DNA of 59,874 nucleotides from a virus (taxonomy: Duplodnaviria; Caudoviricetes), in IMG/VR virus record IMGVR_UViG_3300004202_000003, positions 1-59,874 of that record, one strand, 5' to 3'. The position numbers were made by a program, and so were the translations under genes. The notes below the pieces were generated by a model. The model had not been told where the DNA came from and made no database searches. It saw nothing but the letters and a program-made list of their open reading frames with translations. Shown here in pieces: positions 27,244-35,212 of this stretch (position 1 is the stretch's first letter; the number at the start of each line of letters is the position of its first letter).

Positions 27244-29051
27244 AGCGCGATACGTTCTCCGGTGTGTCAGACGACGTGCGCGAGATCCGCCACTTTCACC
27301 TGTTCGCCGGACTCGGCGGCGGCGCCAAGGGCTTCAACAGCGCATCGGCCAGGGTCGGAAACATGGTCGGCAGGTTCCGCTGCATCGGCGGAATCGACGT
27401 CGACGCCGCCGCCATGCGCGACTTCGAGCGGCTGGCCGGCGTGCGCGGAACCGTGCTCGACCTGTTCGATCGCGACCAGTACCGCGACTTCCACGGCAGC
27501 GAGCCGCCGGAAGGCTGGCGCGAGGCGGAAGCGGCAGACATTCGCACGGCCGCCGGCAACGAGCGTCCGCATATCGTCTTCCTGTCGGCACCCTGCAAGG
27601 GCTTTTCCGGGCTGCTCAACGAGACGCGGAGCAAGACCGCCAAGTACCAGGCGCTGAACCGGCTGACGCTTCGCGGGGTCTGGCTGATGCTGGAGGCCTT
27701 CGCCGACGAGCCGCCCGAACTGATCGTCTTTGAGAACGTGCCGCGCATCGCGAATCGTGGCCGGTATCTGCTCGATCAGATCACCGCCCTGCTGCGCGCC
27801 TACGGTTACGCGGTGGCCGAAACCACGCACGACTGCGGCGAATTGGGCGGACTGGCGCAGTCGCGCAAGCGCTTCCTGCTGGTCGCGCGTCACGTCGAGA
27901 AGGTGCCGCCGTTCCTGTACGAGCCCGACAAGAAGCGCCTGCAGCCGGTCGGTGCTGTGCTTGATCGCATGCCGCTGCCTGGCGCCGCCGCCGGCGGGCC
28001 GATGCACCGCATCCCGTCGCTGCAATGGAAGACATGGGTACGGCTGGCATTTGTCGAGGCCGGTAGCGACTGGCGCAGCCTGAACAAGCTCGCCGTCGAG
28101 GATGGCGTGCTGCGTGACTTCCTGATCGTGCCGGACTACCACCGCGGCTATCTCGGCGTGAACAAGTGGGACGGGCCGGCCGGGACCATCGCAGGACACA
28201 GCCGCGCCACCAATGGAAATTTCTCGATCGCGGATCCCCGGGCACCAGCCGGCGCGCTGGAGTACCAGCAGTATGGCGTCTGTGGCTGGCAGGAAACGAT
28301 GGGGTCGGTGATCAACGTCAAGAGTCCAGGGCAGGGCACGTTCAGCATTGCCGACCCGCGCCACACGGGGCCGGCGAAGCACAGCAACGAATTCCGTATC
28401 GTCGCCTTCGGTGAGCCGGCAATGGCGGTCACCAGCGCGCACGGATCCGGGCAGTGCGTCGCCGATCCACGCCGCGCCGGCGAGGGCTTCGGCAAGTACA
28501 TGGTCACCCGATACAGCGAGGCCGCCGGTACGGTGATCTCGGGCAGCACAACCGGGCAGGGAGCCTATGCGGTGGCCGATCCTCGACCCAATGGCATCCC
28601 CGAGCATGGCGACCACTACCTGACCGGCGGGCACTACGGCGTCACGCGCTGGGATCAATCGACCGGTGCCGTGTCATCGGCGGCCTGCCACGATAACGGC
28701 CGCTGGAGTGTCGCGGATCCGCGCATGCCGGAACCCAGCGACAAGCTGGTGGCAGTGATTCGCGCCCTCGACGGAACCTGGCATCGCCCCTTCACCACGC
28801 TCGAGCTCGCCGCCCTGCAATCGCTGGTCGAGCCGGAGGAATACCTTGAACTCGACGGCCTCTCGGACAGCGACTGGAGGGAACGCATTGGAAACGCTGT
28901 TCCGCCAAGCGCCGCGGCGGCCATCGCCGGCGTCATGGGCACCACGCTGCTGCTCGCCTGGTCGGGCGAAACCTTCATGCTCTCGGCGTCGCCGATCTGG
29001 GTTCGGCCAGTGGCGGTGGCGCTTTCGGTGGCGACAGGAGAAGCCGAATGA
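27240..29051 (+). CDS. DNA cytosine-5 methyltransferase
   Basis: HLFAGLGG, SAPCKGFS, FENVP, QSRKR, RIGNAVPP; five internal ADPR repeats. Confidence 0.92.
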   Translation: MKRDTFSGVSDDVREIRHFHLFAGLGGGAKGFNSASARVGNMVGRFRCIGGIDVDAAAMRDFERLAGVRGTVLDLFDRDQYRDFHGSEPPEGWREAEAADIRTAAGNERPHIVFLSAPCKGFSGLLNETRSKTAKYQALNRLTLRGVWLMLEAFADEPPELIVFENVPRIANRGRYLLDQITALLRAYGYAVAETTHDCGELGGLAQSRKRFLLVARHVEKVPPFLYEPDKKRLQPVGAVLDRMPLPGAAAGGPMHRIPSLQWKTWVRLAFVEAGSDWRSLNKLAVEDGVLRDFLIVPDYHRGYLGVNKWDGPAGTIAGHSRATNGNFSIADPRAPAGALEYQQYGVCGWQETMGSVINVKSPGQGTFSIADPRHTGPAKHSNEFRIVAFGEPAMAVTSAHGSGQCVADPRRAGEGFGKYMVTRYSEAAGTVISGSTTGQGAYAVADPRPNGIPEHGDHYLTGGHYGVTRWDQSTGAVSSAACHDNGRWSVADPRMPEPSDKLVAVIRALDGTWHRPFTTLELAALQSLVEPEEYLELDGLSDSDWRERIGNAVPPSAAAAIAGVMGTTLLLAWSGETFMLSASPIWVRPVAVALSVATGEAE

Positions 29052-29926
29052 TACTCAGCGACGAACAAATGTCGGCCGCCTGCGGAACCAACATCAGCGG
29101 ATGGGACGAGGTTGCCAGGCCCGTCGGTAAGCAGGATCTTCCTGGATGGGTGAAGGATGCCCATGTCGATTGGATGAATGGCTGCGGCAATTCACCAAAC
29201 GTGAAGGTCAAGACAATTGGCCCAGCATACGACTGGCCAGATCAGCGCTTCGAGAAGGTCGGCAACGAAACCTACATTGCCCGCCACCCCGATGGACGCG
29301 CCGTTGTGCATTACCACAATGGCCGGGTTTCTCTGACAAAAATGAAGGACACGCGCAACGCATTTGTTCAGGACGTTCTCTCTGGCCGCCGCAAGGAACT
29401 TCCGGAGGTTGAGGTTATGGCCACAACCAAGCAAGATGGCTATGGCGGCTCCTGCTACTGGCTGAAGATGCTTGATGGATCCGATCTGGTGCTGCGTGGG
29501 CCATGGCACGGCGGTGCGCCGAGCGGATACGTCGAAGTTGAAACACTCGACATCACATCCCCTTACTACAGCAAGGGCAGGTGGAACCGCAACAAGCCAT
29601 GGTATAGGCGCGGCGGCGGTCCGTCGGTGTATGTCACGGAAGACCTGTTCCTGCGAATTGTCGCGCGGTATTGCGCGCATGCACCGATCGCCAGAGTGCA
29701 GCACAGCTACGGCACTCGTCTGGAGCCGTTTCGTGTCGAATGGGGAGTACCCAAGGCGTTCATTTATCACCAGGAAATGATGCGAGCTCGGCGCAAAGAA
29801 CCGGCCGGACCATTCTGGCGAGTCTATTGGGACGGCAGCGAACGCTACTGCGGCGGCCTGCAAATTCCGCCGCATGGATTCATGGATGGCGTACAGCACG
29901 ACGGCTACCTGGAGGTCAGGGCATGA
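29048..29926 (+). CDS. Hypothetical protein
   Basis: 292 aa, ATGA coupling on both sides. Confidence 0.65.
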   Translation: MILSDEQMSAACGTNISGWDEVARPVGKQDLPGWVKDAHVDWMNGCGNSPNVKVKTIGPAYDWPDQRFEKVGNETYIARHPDGRAVVHYHNGRVSLTKMKDTRNAFVQDVLSGRRKELPEVEVMATTKQDGYGGSCYWLKMLDGSDLVLRGPWHGGAPSGYVEVETLDITSPYYSKGRWNRNKPWYRRGGGPSVYVTEDLFLRIVARYCAHAPIARVQHSYGTRLEPFRVEWGVPKAFIYHQEMMRARRKEPAGPFWRVYWDGSERYCGGLQIPPHGFMDGVQHDGYLEVRA

Positions 29927-30579
29927 CCATCACCGCCTACCCGCTTCAATGGCCGACCGGCTGGCCGCGCGCCCATCCAATGCAGATGCGTCGCGGAAAG
30001 TTCGGCGTCCGCAGCTATCGCAACGGATCGTCCTACAAATCGCTGAACGACATCACGGTATCCGAGGCAACGCGGCGCATTCTCTCCGAGCTCGAAACCA
30101 TGGGGATCGATTCTCAGGACGTCGTGATCTCCACCAGCGTCAAGCTGCGCCTCGACGGCCTTCCACGCAGCGGCGAGAAGGAGCCCGACGACAGCGGTGC
30201 CGCCGTGTATTGGGTCACTGCCGCGGGCGACCACCGCGTCATGGCGATCGACAGGTACTACACCGTCGCCGACAACCTGGCTGCCATCGCGGCAACGCTG
30301 GACGCCATGCGCGCGATCGAGCGTCACGGCGGCGCGCAGATCCTCGATCGCGCCTTCACTGGTTTTACCGCCCTGCCGGCGCCAGGCGAGTCGAAGTCGT
30401 GGCGCGACATTCTGGACGTGCCAGACCACGGCGACAAGGACAGCCAACTGGCGCGCGCCAAGATGCACTACCGGGCATGCGCCAGCGCGAACCATCCGGA
30501 CAAAGGCGGAGATTCTGCGCGCATGGCCGAGATCAACAAAGCCTGGGAGCAGGCGCAGAAGGAGCTCGGCGATGGATGA
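29923..30579 (+). CDS. Phage protein with C-terminal J domain
   Basis: AYPLQWPTGWPR N-terminus; YR.....HPDKGGD...MAEINKA. Confidence 0.85.
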   Translation: MTITAYPLQWPTGWPRAHPMQMRRGKFGVRSYRNGSSYKSLNDITVSEATRRILSELETMGIDSQDVVISTSVKLRLDGLPRSGEKEPDDSGAAVYWVTAAGDHRVMAIDRYYTVADNLAAIAATLDAMRAIERHGGAQILDRAFTGFTALPAPGESKSWRDILDVPDHGDKDSQLARAKMHYRACASANHPDKGGDSARMAEINKAWEQAQKELGDG

Positions 30580-30757
30580 GCAAATCTGGAAAGCCGTGCA
30601 TCGCATGGAGGCTGCGGCCGAGAAGGCATCACAAGCCGCTCAGACCATGGAGCATGCGGCGCAACGAATTGCCTTCCTGCTTGAGGATGGCTACGGCGGC
30701 AATGGACCCCGGCTGATCGAACTGCTTTCCAATGCCGAGGCGGTACGAAATGGCTAA
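30572..30757 (+). CDS. Hypothetical protein
   Basis: AAGGAG RBS; MDEQIWK... Confidence 0.55.
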   Translation: MDEQIWKAVHRMEAAAEKASQAAQTMEHAAQRIAFLLEDGYGGNGPRLIELLSNAEAVRNG

Positions 30758-30857
30758 CCTGATTCTTGCCCTCAACACCCTCACCCTGCCGGGCGCGATC
30801 GGACTGTGCGCCGTTTGCGCGCTCGCCAGCTGGGTTGCCTACCTGATCTGGAGATAA
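30750..30857 (+). CDS. 35-aa membrane peptide (not in ORF track)
   Basis: MANLILALNTLTLPGAIGLCAVCALASWVAYLIWR fills the gap between neighbours. Confidence 0.45.
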   Translation: MANLILALNTLTLPGAIGLCAVCALASWVAYLIWR

Positions 30858-30859
30858 CC

Positions 30860-31102
30860 GTGGCCACCACCGATGCCGCACTGCTCGAGCACGCCGCCGA
30901 TCTGTTGGAGATCGACGCCACCAGCCTGCGCGAATGCCACAACGCCGACCCGCAGAAGCCTGACTGGAAAGACGAACCGGATGCCCGGGCCGCGCACGAC
31001 GACGCGCTCGCGACGGCGATACGGCTGCGCATGCTGGCCAAGCGAATGAAGCCATCAAGCCCGGGGCCGGCGCGGTTCTACACGGACGGCATGCCCGACT
31101 GA
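30860..31102 (+). CDS. Hypothetical protein
   Basis: GGAG RBS + GTG. Confidence 0.55.
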   Translation: MATTDAALLEHAADLLEIDATSLRECHNADPQKPDWKDEPDARAAHDDALATAIRLRMLAKRMKPSSPGPARFYTDGMPD

Positions 31103-31132
31103 CCATGCCGGCACAAACTCTTGGAGACAGCA

Positions 31133-32014
31133 ATGGCTGACCACACCCACATCGAATGGACCGACGCCACATGGAACATCATCACCGGCTGCTCTGTCGT
31201 CTCGGCCGGATGCCGACATTGCTACGCGATGAAGCTGGCCGGCACCCGTCTGCAACACCACCCGTCGCGCGCCGGGCTCACGATCGACACCAAGGAAGGT
31301 CCGGTCTGGAACGGCCAGGTGCGGTTCAATGAGCAATGGCTTACCCAGCCGCTCGCCTGGAAGCGCCCGCGCAAGGTATTTGTCTGCGCGCATGGCGACT
31401 TGTTCCATGAGTCGGTGCCGTATGAGTGGATCGAGAGTGTCTTCGCTGTAATGATCCGCTCCCCGCAGCACATATTCCAGGTACTGACGAAGCGGCCGGC
31501 GAGGATGCGAGAGTTCTGCAAGAGCCGGGGCTACTTACTGCCGAACGTATGGCTCGGCGTCAGCGTCGAGGATCAGGCCGCCGCCAACGAGCGCATTCCG
31601 CTGCTGCTGCAAACACCTGCCGCCGTGCGCTGGATCAGCGCGGAGCCGCTGCTGGGTCCGGTCGATCTAGCCCACATCATGCGCAACTCACCTGACGATG
31701 AATGGACATTTTGCGACAACGCCCTGACTGGTTTCCGAGCACACAAATGCGGGGGCCATCACGGTGCGCGCCTCGATTGGGTCGTCGTCGGCGGCGAGTC
31801 GGGCGCCAATTCGCGGCCGATGGTTCTCGGTTGGGCAAAGGACATCGTGCGCCAGTGCCAGGAAGCCGGCGTTCCGGTGCTGATGAAACAAGTCGGCGCG
31901 AACCCGACGAACCGCGAAGGCGAACCACACAAGATCAGCGACCGCAAGGGCTCGATCATGGAGGAATGGCCCGAGGTTCTGCGAGTAAGGGAGTATCCGG
32001 AGGCGCGGCCATGA
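31133..32014 (+). CDS. Phage Gp37/Gp68 (DUF5131) family protein
   Basis: IEWTDATWN..TGC..VS.GC.HCYA, DLFH, FQVLTKRP, NVWLGVSVE, SAEPLLG, WVVVGGESG. Confidence 0.92.
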   Translation: MADHTHIEWTDATWNIITGCSVVSAGCRHCYAMKLAGTRLQHHPSRAGLTIDTKEGPVWNGQVRFNEQWLTQPLAWKRPRKVFVCAHGDLFHESVPYEWIESVFAVMIRSPQHIFQVLTKRPARMREFCKSRGYLLPNVWLGVSVEDQAAANERIPLLLQTPAAVRWISAEPLLGPVDLAHIMRNSPDDEWTFCDNALTGFRAHKCGGHHGARLDWVVVGGESGANSRPMVLGWAKDIVRQCQEAGVPVLMKQVGANPTNREGEPHKISDRKGSIMEEWPEVLRVREYPEARP

Positions 32015-32214
32015 ACACACTGTGGGCACCAAAGATAACTCTCAAGAGCGGGAAGTCGTGGCTGTACGCGCATGCCATTGGCTTCACACGCACCGAAGCG
32101 AAAGACAACTACTTTAAGAGTGGACGCGTAGCAACTGACGAGTTTTATGGCTCGAAGGTTACGTTCGTCAAGGTCAAGGTGGAAGAAATCGCCATCGCCA
32201 AGGTGAAGCCATGA
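32011..32214 (+). CDS. Hypothetical protein
   Basis: GGAGG RBS, ATGA coupling. Confidence 0.55.
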   Translation: MNTLWAPKITLKSGKSWLYAHAIGFTRTEAKDNYFKSGRVATDEFYGSKVTFVKVKVEEIAIAKVKP

Positions 32215-32390
32215 CGCCAGCCCAGCGAGTCGACAAGATCCTCGCCGAAGCCGTCGGCCGTGATCTGAATTCATGGGAACGCTTCGAGTTCCTTCCGAGC
32301 ATCAAGCAGCGCGCGACGCTGACGGAGAAGCAGGAGAAGGTGCTAGCCGACATCGAGGTGCGGGTATTCGGGAGCGGCGATGATGACTGA
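32211..32390 (+). CDS. 59-aa hypothetical protein (not in ORF track)
   Basis: MTPAQRVDKILAEAVGRDLNSWERFEFLPSIKQRATLTEKQEKVL...; ATGA coupling. Confidence 0.6.
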   Translation: MTPAQRVDKILAEAVGRDLNSWERFEFLPSIKQRATLTEKQEKVLADIEVRVFGSGDDD

Positions 32391-33087
32391 TCGCTACCCG
32401 ATTCCAGAGTTCCTGCGCCGGCAGCCGCAGGTCGAGCGCAAGGCGGTCGAGCGCCCGATGCTGTTCAGCGCGCCGATGGTCCGCGCCCTGCTCGCCGGCA
32501 CCAAGACGCAGACGCGGCGCGTGATGAAACAGCAACCTATTGAAGGAGGCCCAATTGGAGGGTTTGCTTTCGTGGATGGAGTTTGGTGCGCTCTATCCAG
32601 ACGCGACGGCAGCATTCACAGCAAGCTGGACCGGAAGTGCCCCTACGGCAAGCCCGGCGACCGGCTATGGGTGCGGGAGGCGTGGGCTGCTTTCGGTCCT
32701 TTCAAGGACGGGATGCACTGTCACTACCGAGCAACGGATGAGCATCCGGAAGCGTCGAAATGGAAGCCGCCGATCCACATGCCGCGCGTCTATTCGCGCA
32801 TCCTGCTCGAAATCGTCGCCGTCCGCGTCGAACGGCTGCAGGACATTAGCGAGGCGGATGCGGTGGCCGAGGGAATCGTTAGCGAGAACGTTATCGTCGG
32901 CTGCAATTGCTACGGCGGGCATCACGTCGAGGAAAGCGCTGATCGGTATTTCTTCGATGGATGCGCTGAAGAAGGTTTCGAGTCTGCCGTCGATGCCTAT
33001 CGCGCGCTGTGGGAGTCGATCAACGGCCCCGATTCATGGGCGGCAAATCCGTGGGTCTTTGTGATTTCGTTCCGGAGGGTTGAGTAA
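32380..33087 (+). CDS. ASCH/PUA-like phage protein
   Basis: ERPMLFSAPMVRALLAGTKTQTRR, CPYG.PGDRLWVRE, VERLQDISE.DA.AEG, ANPWVFVISF. Confidence 0.8.
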   Translation: MMTDRYPIPEFLRRQPQVERKAVERPMLFSAPMVRALLAGTKTQTRRVMKQQPIEGGPIGGFAFVDGVWCALSRRDGSIHSKLDRKCPYGKPGDRLWVREAWAAFGPFKDGMHCHYRATDEHPEASKWKPPIHMPRVYSRILLEIVAVRVERLQDISEADAVAEGIVSENVIVGCNCYGGHHVEESADRYFFDGCAEEGFESAVDAYRALWESINGPDSWAANPWVFVISFRRVE

Positions 33088-33491
33088 TGCCGGCAAACCA
33101 CTGCATCCCACACACAGAGGCAACGAAAGAAAAGATGCGGAAGGCGCATCTTGGGAAACCGGCGCCGAAGTGGTACACATTTGACAGCGCCAAGGGTAGC
33201 CGACAGAAGCGACCGCCCGAGCGAAAGTTTGTGCTGGTCCGGATGGCAAGCCTAGAGCCCGGTTGCTTGCCCGAGGGTATTGCAGTTGGCTACCGAAAAA
33301 ACGCAGCGGGCGACAAGCAATCTCCGTATTTCGTGGTGCCGGGCCTGCACACCGGCACCGTGCTTGCGTGGTGCGATTGCCTGCCGGAAGGCTTTACGTG
33401 GCCTAACGACCAAGCTCAGGGAGCCGGAGGCGGCCTTATCGCCGGAGGCTCCGCTGGAACGACGGGTTCGACCACACGGGAGGAAACATGA
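33087..33491 (+). CDS. Hypothetical protein with N-terminal NUMOD3-like motif; C-terminus encoded by attC-A
   Basis: HTEATKEKMRKAHLGK; TAATG coupling. Confidence 0.6.
   Translation: MPANHCIPHTEATKEKMRKAHLGKPAPKWYTFDSAKGSRQKRPPERKFVLVRMASLEPGCLPEGIAVGYRKNAAGDKQSPYFVVPGLHTGTVLAWCDCLPEGFTWPNDQAQGAGGGLIAGGSAGTTGSTTREET
33401..33472 (-). mobile_element. attC site A (72 bp)
   Basis: Minus strand: R'' GTCGAAC, 5 nt, L'' GTT(C)CAG(C), hairpin, L' CCTGAGC, 6 nt, R' GTTAGGC. Confidence 0.85.
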
Positions 33492-33853
33492 AGGTCAAAG
33501 TATTCCCATACCGCGAAAGGATTGGGATGGGCAACATGATGTGGAGCGGCCCGCGCTTTGAAATGCGGGGCGGCAAATTCCCCAAGGAACACCCCGTCGG
33601 TGGCGGTTCGTGGGATGCCCCAGACGGCCAAGGTGGGAGCGGCGAGAACATCAAAGCGTTCCGAGCGCGCGGCTATTGGGCGTCGTGCTTCCCGGAGGGC
33701 GACGGAATAACTTGGAAGCCGTTGAACGGCCAAAGCGATACCCAGTGCATGAGCGATATAAGAGACTGTTTCGTCGAGTGGGATGTGCATTGGGCTGTGG
33801 GGTCGAACGTTGAAGGTAACAGGCCGCCGCGTGAGGCGGGCGAGAAAACGTGA
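33488..33853 (+). CDS. Cassette-borne hypothetical protein (cassette 33407-33807)
   Basis: GGGAGG RBS; reads into attC-B. Confidence 0.7.
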   Translation: MKVKVFPYRERIGMGNMMWSGPRFEMRGGKFPKEHPVGGGSWDAPDGQGGSGENIKAFRARGYWASCFPEGDGITWKPLNGQSDTQCMSDIRDCFVEWDVHWAVGSNVEGNRPPREAGEKT

Positions 33854-33891
33854 GGCGATTGCCGGCGGTCCTGTTGACCGACGGGTTGGCC
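33802..33891 (-). mobile_element. attC site B (90 bp)
   Basis: Minus strand: R'' GGCCAAC, 5 nt, L'' GGT(C)AACA, hairpin, L' TGTTACC, 6 nt, R' GTTCGAC. Confidence 0.85.
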
Positions 33892-33912
33892 GGCTGGACA
33901 TTGGAGGCAGAC

Positions 33913-34365
33913 ATGACCGGAATAGAGCTGATTGCAACAGAGCGGATGCGGCAGGTAAAGCAGGAGGGTTGGACGCCTGAGCATGACGACGAACACGACG
34001 ACGAATCGCTGGCGCTTGCGGCAATTTGCTACGCAGCACCAATTCCGATCTTCCGGCGCAAGGGCGGGGAGACGTACTTTGAGTTTCTCGATCCGTGGCC
34101 GGATTCGTGGGACGTTGAATGGGACAAGCGACCGTTCGACAGCTACAACGGGGAGCCGCGAGAGCCGACACCAGCGGAGCGGATACGGATGCTGGTGAAA
34201 GCCGGGGCGCTGATAGCGGCAGAAATCGACAGGCTGCAACGGGCTGCACTGAAGACGCCCAACGCACAAGCTCAGGGAGCCGAAGGCGGCCTTATCGCCG
34301 GAGGCTCCCCTGGAGCGACGGGTTCGGCGGCGCATGTTGCGGAGAGAGGACAGAACGATGAGTAA
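33913..34365 (+). CDS. Cassette-borne phage protein (ER.RQ...EGWTPEHDDEH...LVKAGALI.AEI.RL family; cassette 33808-34262)
   Basis: GGAGG RBS; recognisable phage motif; reads through attC-C. Confidence 0.75.
   Translation: MTGIELIATERMRQVKQEGWTPEHDDEHDDESLALAAICYAAPIPIFRRKGGETYFEFLDPWPDSWDVEWDKRPFDSYNGEPREPTPAERIRMLVKAGALIAAEIDRLQRAALKTPNAQAQGAEGGLIAGGSPGATGSAAHVAERGQNDE
34257..34328 (-). mobile_element. attC site C (72 bp)
   Basis: Minus strand: R'' GCCGAAC, 5 nt, L'' GCT(C)CAGG, hairpin, L' CCTGAGC, 6 nt, R' GTTGGGC; 57/60 identical to site A. Confidence 0.87.
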
Positions 34366-34804
34366 GACGGAAGAATTTGCGAAGATGATGAGCGAAATAC
34401 ACCACGACCTTCTTGTTGTGATGCAGGCGGCGTTCATCGAATGGCAGCACGGCAACGGAGCCGATGCGGCGATGACGTGGATTGCCAACACGCTCGATGG
34501 CCCAGGGTTGATACCGGACAAAAACGCGCCATACGGCAAAGAGGCGCAAGCGTGGTTTGACGCCAACCAAGCGCACCCGATGCCGCCGTGCTCGGTTTGC
34601 GGTAGGCCATCGAACCAACTTGGCGGCGGTGTTTCCGCGTGCAGCGTGGAGCATTTCAGGCAGGCCAAGGACAAGACGCCGAACGGCGAGGTGAGGGGCG
34701 CGAGCGTGACGGCGCAGCCGGCATGCGAAGCGTCCAGCCGCGAAGCGGCGACCTCGACCGTGGTGTTAGAGCCCACGGCAAAGGAGACGAAATGTTCGGA
34801 GTGA
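34358..34804 (+). CDS. Cassette-borne phage protein (Ead/Ea22-region-like motif, Cys/His cluster; cassette 34263-34683)
   Basis: MQAAFIEWQHG....AMTWIANTLDGPG; CSVC..CSVEH; reads through attC-D. Confidence 0.7.
   Translation: MSKTEEFAKMMSEIHHDLLVVMQAAFIEWQHGNGADAAMTWIANTLDGPGLIPDKNAPYGKEAQAWFDANQAHPMPPCSVCGRPSNQLGGGVSACSVEHFRQAKDKTPNGEVRGASVTAQPACEASSREAATSTVVLEPTAKETKCSE
34678..34771 (-). mobile_element. attC site D (94 bp)
   Basis: Minus strand: R'' CTCTAAC, 5 nt, L'' GGT(C)GAGG, hairpin, L' CCTCACC, 5 nt, R' GTTCGGC. Confidence 0.85.
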
Positions 34805-35058
34805 AGATCATCGAGAGCTTGCTGATGGTGGAAGACGGCGAGCCCTACGAAGTGCGGCGCACCTGGCGCGAGCGGCTGTTCTCTCTTCCGTGGCGACCGA
34901 TGCGAGCAACGCGGACAGTGGTTCCAAAAGTGCCGAAACGTGAAGCGGTTCGGATGCCTGACGGATCGCTGGTGATGCACCCGGCAATGGCAGCAGAACT
35001 GCGCCGATACAAAGCCGCTGGCGGACATAGTTTCGGTGGGCCACGTAATGGGCTCTAA
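34792..35058 (+). CDS. Cassette-borne hypothetical protein (cassette 34684-35058)
   Basis: AAGGAG RBS; stop TAA lies within the CTCTAAC core. Confidence 0.7.
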   Translation: MFGVKIIESLLMVEDGEPYEVRRTWRERLFSLPWRPMRATRTVVPKVPKREAVRMPDGSLVMHPAMAAELRRYKAAGGHSFGGPRNGL

Positions 35059-35071
35059 CGCAAAGTAGCCA
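35053..35071 (-). mobile_element. Simple recombination site heading the cassette array (attI/secondary-site-like)
   Basis: Minus strand TGGCTAC-TTTGC-G|TTAGAG; no partner L''/R'' arm seen. Confidence 0.6.
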
Positions 35072-35212
35072 CCCGAAAAACCCGCGAACTACACCTGGTA
35101 GGTTTCCATTCCGATATAGGACAGTGAAATACACCATGACCCCCTGGCTCTCTCCTGACGACTATCTGCGCCGGACAATGGCAGCTACGTGGCAGCGGGA
35201 ACTTTTCTGACC

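Noticed and set aside
33411-34326. 60-bp direct repeat as a CRISPR array
   Set aside because: Only two copies 856 bp apart with genes between; no cas genes; better explained as attC sites
33673-35028. 451-aa minus-strand ORF spanning the cassettes in canonical orientation
   Set aside because: Low-information composition, crosses several cassette boundaries, no clear RBS; the + strand ORFs have RBSs and known motifs
35060-35135. A fifth attC to the right of CTCTAAC
   Set aside because: No complementary L''/R'' arm found at a suitable distance
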